Assembly: GCF_032062105.1 (NCBI RefSeq) | Contig: NW_026929843.1 | Coordinates: forward strand, 1-38,439 | DNA length: 38,439 bases | From: Saccostrea cucullata | Taxonomy: Eukaryota | Reading direction: 5' to 3' | In this document: positions 32,896-38,439 of the stretch, piece by piece | Position numbering within the stretch: position 1 is the first letter of the stretch | Layout: each line of letters starts with the position of its first letter | Position numbers and translations under genes: made by a program | The notes under the pieces: generated by a model | The model's input: the letters and a program-made list of their open reading frames with translations, nothing else | What the model was told of the DNA's origin: nothing | Databases searched by the model: none

Positions 32896-35760
32896 TTTGT
32901 TCAGGATTTTACATTTGGAAATATCCATACACTGCATTTTTGTATTTTTTCCCCTCTGCATCTCACTATTCTACACCTGAATGATAGCGCAGCTTTAAGT
33001 TAAAAGTCAAAATGGCGGTTCAAAATGGCGGATATTCATGGGAGAAAGGATTTGTAAATATCTTACTGAGCGTAGTACAACTATGTAAAATGCCAACAGA
33101 ACATTAATTTTATCACTTTAAATCAAAAATATAGTAGTTTAAATTTGAAATGTGTTATTTATCTCAAAATGGCGATTAAAAATGACGTCTGATACACTCG
33201 AATTTCGCAAAAACTGCTTAACTCTGGTTCGTTTTGCAGAAAATAAATTACAGTTTGTTTTTTATATACATAGTATATATGGTATATTGATTAGTCCATT
33301 AAATATGAACAAAAATACTTAAAAGATTCATTTTTTTCTGGAAATAAAACAAACTTGACTTAAGAGTTTCCAAATTCCCCTCTTCGTATTTGACCGTACG
33401 TGTTCCAAATCCTTTGAGCCCCCGTTCACCTTAAATCAGTCCCGAATCGCTGTCATTATCAACTCACACTTCTACCTCAACATCGATCGGCACACTATCA
33501 AATATAACTGAAGAAATTCTTTTCCGATTTCATTGAACACTTTGTTCTAGCTTTTTAGCACTAATAAGAACTTAATATTATCCCTTAACATCTATTCCAG
33601 CTTTATTTGCTATATGTTTCAGTCTGTCTTCGGAAGATTGGAATTTTAAACACTCAAGTAAAATGGTGCCCTGTGTCAAGGATGACAACCCCCTTAGCAT
33701 GTAAAAGATCGTTTCTCTGGAGTTCGAAAAAGATTAAGCTCATTGGGGGCCGCCAGAGAATCCAAAATCCTTAAAAAACCGATTATTTAAACTGATAGTC
33801 CGCCGAAACGTAGCTGAAAAATTGCCAACTCGGCGTTAAACAATATACAATCAATCAACCAACACTCAAGGAACAACACATTTAAGTTCAAATGTGAAAA
33901 GTCTATTTTGTTTGCCAAAACCATGTGCAAAACGAACTAGAGGTACTGAGAGCAATTAGCTCACTAAATGATACCCAGATCTCCCATATAAATATACTGA
34001 CAGTGTCCATGTTTTGGAAACCCAAAGTATGTGTCGGATCAAAAAGTAAAATAGGAGGTCACAATGGCAATATGTGATAAATATTCTGTGAAAGTTTCAT
34101 CTAATTTCATTCAGTGATATGAGAGGAGTTGGGGATAAGAGATGTGTACCCCAAAGTGTAACAGACTGACAGACGGACATACCAATTACTCTCTACCCTC
34201 CCGCTTTTCATGCGGAGGGGGGTATAAAAAAAATCTCTGATGTTCAAGACATGTAGCTCTTTATTTGTGACATCGTATAGATTTATTGTCTTTTAGGGTA
34301 GAACGGTAATTCTATTAGCAAGAAAATTCTCAAACTTGATCATCTAAAATCACATTGTGTGCATTTGGTGAGAAAAAGTGTTAAAAAAAATTCGAAATTT
34401 AAGAGCGCCTGTAGATTACTCGTGATTCCTATCACTTACAAGCTTTCGTACCAATAGGCCTAAGCCATTTCTGATTTAGATCTAGTCAACAGTTTAAGAA
34501 CTTTAAAAGGCAACTAGATCCACACTTCTTTGTTGAGATAGTGTAATTAAGGTTGTATCAAGAATCGAGGGGGGATTGAACACAAACATTTTTTCTTTTT
34601 TCAGATTTTGTAAATTTCAATTTTTTTAAAATTTATAAACACTGTCCAATACAAAGTTATTTATTCACATATATAGAGAATATTTAATAATGCAGTTGAA
34701 TTATTGACTGAGAATATAACAAAATACAAATGTAGGGACACAGAATCAGAGCTGGACAATCAAGAAAATTTATGGTTTACAGTGTACGTATATTATACTG
34801 ATAATTCTTAATATTTTTTTTTTTATATTTGGATATTATAATTTATTCAGATTTATATGAGGTAACAATTACAAGCCCTGTAATTGGTAGTGGTCATTCA
34901 TTTTAAAAAATCATACTAAGTTATGTTGCACTAGACCTTTCACATGAACATAAACATGTATTTTTTCCACACTGGACTAAAAATAGATCAAGAATTTTCA
35001 GCAACTGAATGTTCACTCGCCTTAATGCTCTGGGAACACTGCTCTTGGAGTAGCTTTATTTATTTTCATATTGTCTTTAAAAAAAGCAATTATTTATGAT
35101 ATTATTAACTTTTTATATGAAGAAAGCATGGTGAGACACGTAAATGGTAAATTGTCACCGGAATTGTCGTCAAATATCTTAACATTAGAAGTACATAATT
35201 ATGTAATTAAAAAAATCAAACATCCGTGTTATAAAAATTCTTAATCATTAACAAAATATATCCTCCAAATCCCAGTGCATATTTGAACATTATTTCAAGA
35301 ATAAAATAAAAACAAACTGTAATTTATTTTCTGCAAAACGAACCATAATTATGTAGTTTGGGTATTTTTCGAAATTCGAGTGTATAAGACGTTATATAAA
35401 TTATCAATCAAATTTTGACTTTTAACTTACAGCTGCGCTATCGTTCGTGTGTAGAATAGTGCGACGTAGAGGGAAAAATACAAATCTGCAGTGTATGGAT
35501 ATTGCAAATGTAAAATCCTGAACAAAGAAGAATATAGAAACAAAAGACAAAAAATCAGAGAAAATTCGAATTAAGTGTAGAAACGACTAAATTTTCTGAG
35601 TTAAACTGATAACGTTGGCATTCTATTATAATTTCTACAGTTCTATTACACTCACTTAGATAATTACACATTATTTCTCCTTTTTGAACGATATTAAGAA
35701 AAAATTAGAAAAATTGGATGTCCGCCATTTTGAATCGCCATTTTGACCTCTTTGACGTCA
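32896..35760. repeat. About 2.9-kb region bracketed by about 350-450-bp inverted-repeat arms with internal rearrangement (foldback-like)
   Basis: Left arm block A (32896-33035: tttgttcaggattttacatttggaaatatccatacactgca...tagcgcagctttaagttaaaagtcaaaatggcggttcaaaatggcgg) matches the reverse complement of 35420-35526. Left arm block B (33196-33262: ...acactcgaatttcgcaaaaactg...ggttcgttttgcagaaaataaattacagtttg) matches the reverse complement of 35290-35400. In the right copy the tcaaaatggcg. direct-repeat module sits outside, at 35715-35750 near gacgtca, so the arms are permuted relative to each other. The interior 33270-35280 has no ORF. Confidence 0.4.
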
Positions 35761-35977
35761 TTTTTCACGAAGGCCAGCATATTTTTCGGATTTAGCATAC
35801 TCGAAATAGGTTAAAAAAACTATGCTGGACCAAATAATAATTATCTGCCGTGAGAAGTTATTTCTAGCCTTTTTTTTAAATCAGGACCATTTTGCTATTT
35901 TTTGCTATCGGCTCGCGTTCAGCCCTCGATGCATATGTGTCCATAGGTTGGGCTTCCTCAGTATGTTCCTCCGTCCA

Positions 35978-36881
35978 CTAATCATCACACGGATCATAGA
36001 GCACACCATTAACGAAAAGACGATCTCGTACAAGTTTCACTCGAGATCCCTCGTTCCAGAATTTATTCATGATTGGAATGAATGTGCGACGCCTCCCCGC
36101 CATTGTTGCTGGGTACTGCTGGTAGACTCGGAACTGTGTCCCTCTTAAGAATGAAGATAGATGTAAACAAAGGTCAAGATCCTCCTGATATATGAAACTG
36201 GCGACAACCGGACGATTTCTTCCTCTGCTGTGTCGTCCAAATCTGTGCCCATTTGCAAACTGAACTTCATGTTGTATGTTTAATTCATTTGCTAGAAAAC
36301 ATCGTATTTTGTAATAGATATCTCACCTCCCAGATTTTCAAAAATCAGATTCATTTTCATTGAACGATACTTAAGATCCACTAATCGCTCTTCCATTTCC
36401 TTTTCATCCCGTCTCATCTGATCCAAGTTTTTGGACATATTTTCTATCATGTTTGAGTGCCGTATAGATTCCTTTTTCTCTTTTTTTGGCGTTTTCCATT
36501 TAATTCTTTTATACTTGACACGTGTTTTTGTAGATCCAGTATTTGTTTCTCGTGATCTTTCATTTGCACTTGAATCTCTTTTGTCAATGTTGTCATACGG
36601 CAGCTCTCATTATCAAACGTGTCTGACATAAAATTGACCACTTCTTCAATTTCGTAATTTCTGTTCTCTAGTCTCCCAACTCAAGTATTTAGATTCTTTA
36701 CAGACTTCTCCATCTCTAGCAGCTTCGTTTCGATAGTGTCTAGTTCTGAAAGCTTACTTGTTATGATATTTAACTTTTCATTGGTAGACTCACTTTGTTT
36801 CTGCAGCACAACAAGTTTAGTTGACACATCTATTAGTTCTGTCACATTCTGCGGTGCAGCTTTTGGTGTGGAGGTAGCCAT
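35978..36881 (-). pseudogene. Degraded LINE ORF1p-like gene: N-terminal coiled coil plus L1-ORF1-type RRM (Transposase_22-like)
   Basis: The minus strand reads MATSTPKAAPQNVTELIDVSTKLVVLQKQSESTNEKLNIITSKLSELDTIETKLLEMEKSVKNLNT, then an in-frame TGA, then ...NFMSDTFDNESCRMTTLTKEIQVQMKDHEKQILDLQKHVSSIKELNGKRQKKRKRN. After a -1 frameshift it continues ...EMEERLVDLKYRSMKMNLIFENLGG. After a second shift it reads ...ANGHRFGRHSRGRNRPVVASFIYQEDLDLCLHLSSFLRGTQFRVYQQYP...RVKLVRDRLFVNGVLYDPCDD*. The NL[IR]I.G...AHRxG..RPiivkF...d pattern matches the L1 ORF1p RRM. I find no ORF2 or RT downstream. Confidence 0.5.
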
Positions 36882-38439
36882 TTTATCATCGTATCTGATT
36901 CCGTGGTCGTCGGCTCGCAGGAATCGTTGTTGTTGATCGCCTACAACGGCGCTCAATATAAAGCTTTGTTTACTTCTTTAATAACGCTACTGACCAATGG
37001 CTATAAACTGTTATCACTACCACTGACGTCTGAACTGTTTGACTTCAATTTCTTCCTAGAAATTCTCATAATAATATCCTAAAGTATCAATCATGCATCA
37101 GTATCATTTAAATTCTATATATCACACTTTTCAACTGGAATTCAACCTTACAGCACAGCAAATCTTAAATTCATTTTAGGAAGGAAAATGGTCTTTTGTC
37201 TACTCAGAAATTAAATTGTAAGGCATAAAGTGGTTTATAAAAGGTAAACTGTCCAAATTGCAAGTTATTTTATATGGTATCATTTTCATGGTTCCTTTTG
37301 GCTCCTGGTGGAACATAGGGCCTCTATATGGTATAACATCTATACTTATAAATTAATAAATTTTGCAAATAAAGTCCGAAACGGATGCACAAGAGTTCTT
37401 ACTTACCCCTCTAATACTACACTACATACAAGATGATGTCCGTAAACTATATTTAGATTTCACGCGCTCAACATTGTCAACAACCTAAAATTTATAAATA
37501 TCTATAAAAAGGATTTGTCAGATTGTCAAGCAGATGTCAAATTAAAGAAATAGACGGTTAATATCACAGGAAAATTTAAGGCTAAAAGTTTTTGATGCAG
37601 TTGAATAGCTCTTATAATCTACTATTACATATCAAAACATTAGATTTGACAAAATTTATTTGATTGAAAACGGAGCTCAGTTCTTATTTTAGAAAAGATA
37701 GGTCAAGATCAAAGGACCTTTTGACAACTTATTTTAACTGCGACTTAACAAATTGTTTACATAAAAAGTCAGTCAACATTTGACTTATTGATTTTGCTAT
37801 CAATGTCATTTTATCATGCACAGAATTTGCAGCTTTGAATTTTAACGAGACTGTTGATATCATTGTATCAACTTATTTGCCAATAACTTGTCTCGTTTAG
37901 TATGTATTCATCCATGAACGTAGAGCATGCAGTTTTGCACATCTTATCAAAAAAGTTGAAGACATGAACTCGATATGCAGGTGACAATAGTAAATTGCTG
38001 CATAAATAAGGTATGATATACTCTGTACTATCTTATACTTCAAATTCAATGGGATATTAGCGTAAGAATGAAGACGGTTGGTGTTTTTTAATTGCTAAAA
38101 AACTATGAACATAAATTCTCTCTTCTACGTACATGTAGAATGTTTTGAAAATAATCAGCTCAAATGCTAAAAATCTACTTTAAAGTCTTTTTCCTAAACG
38201 CTGTATCAAAGAGAACGTATATGTTGTAAAAGTATTTAGTGAGTTTAACATGTTTAAGTGTCACTTAATGTCTTAAATAATAGGATACGGCAAAAGTTCT
38301 CGGTATACTTTAATTAACATAGCATATCTTGGTCATTCTCAAGTTAACTAGTTGATTCAGCTTTGCACCAAGTCTGATTGGAAATTGTCAGTGGTCGAGT
38401 AAAAACATAATAATATTTGTCCGTCAAATGAAGACACGG

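Noticed and set aside
35822-36148. 108-aa plus-strand ORF
   Set aside because: It is antisense to the ORF1p-like RRM region on the minus strand, which has recognisable homology. The plus-strand ORF has none.

Overview
This is an AT-rich, ORF-poor, repeat-dense eukaryotic (metazoan) genomic segment, not a prokaryotic locus, so I see no operons, CRISPR arrays or defence islands. The MITE and satellite landscape and the frequent G/C homopolymer runs look like an invertebrate genome, perhaps a bivalve mollusc, but that is a guess.

The one clearly protein-coding locus is a plus-strand multi-exon ROCO-family (Roc-COR) GTPase gene. I reconstruct four exons with phase-compatible GT-AG junctions, and all three introns are crowded with transposon relics and satellites:
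- Exon 1 (14500-14751) carries the P-loop.
- Exon 2 (16772 or 16835 to 17005) carries the DFAGQ switch II.
- Exon 3 (21571-21722) carries the HKDQ G4 motif.
- Exon 4 (28153-29466) carries COR-A and COR-B and a stop codon.

The rest is mobile and repetitive DNA:
- A Harbinger/PIF transposase C-terminal remnant at 4952-5179.
- A roughly 1-kb Harbinger-type non-autonomous element with TTA target-site duplications at 13340-14354, about 150 bp upstream of the Roc exon.
- Three tandem satellites, with units of about 123, 88 and 166 bp.
- Several TIR or foldback elements, at 17428-20625, 20807-20968, 23152-25803, 30393-32619 and 32896-35760. The 30393-32619 element has a TTAA-flanked 878-bp element nested in one of its TIRs.
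- A degraded LINE ORF1p-like gene (coiled-coil plus RRM) on the minus strand at 35978-36881.

All calls come from reading the sequence and ORF track. Nothing was checked against a database.
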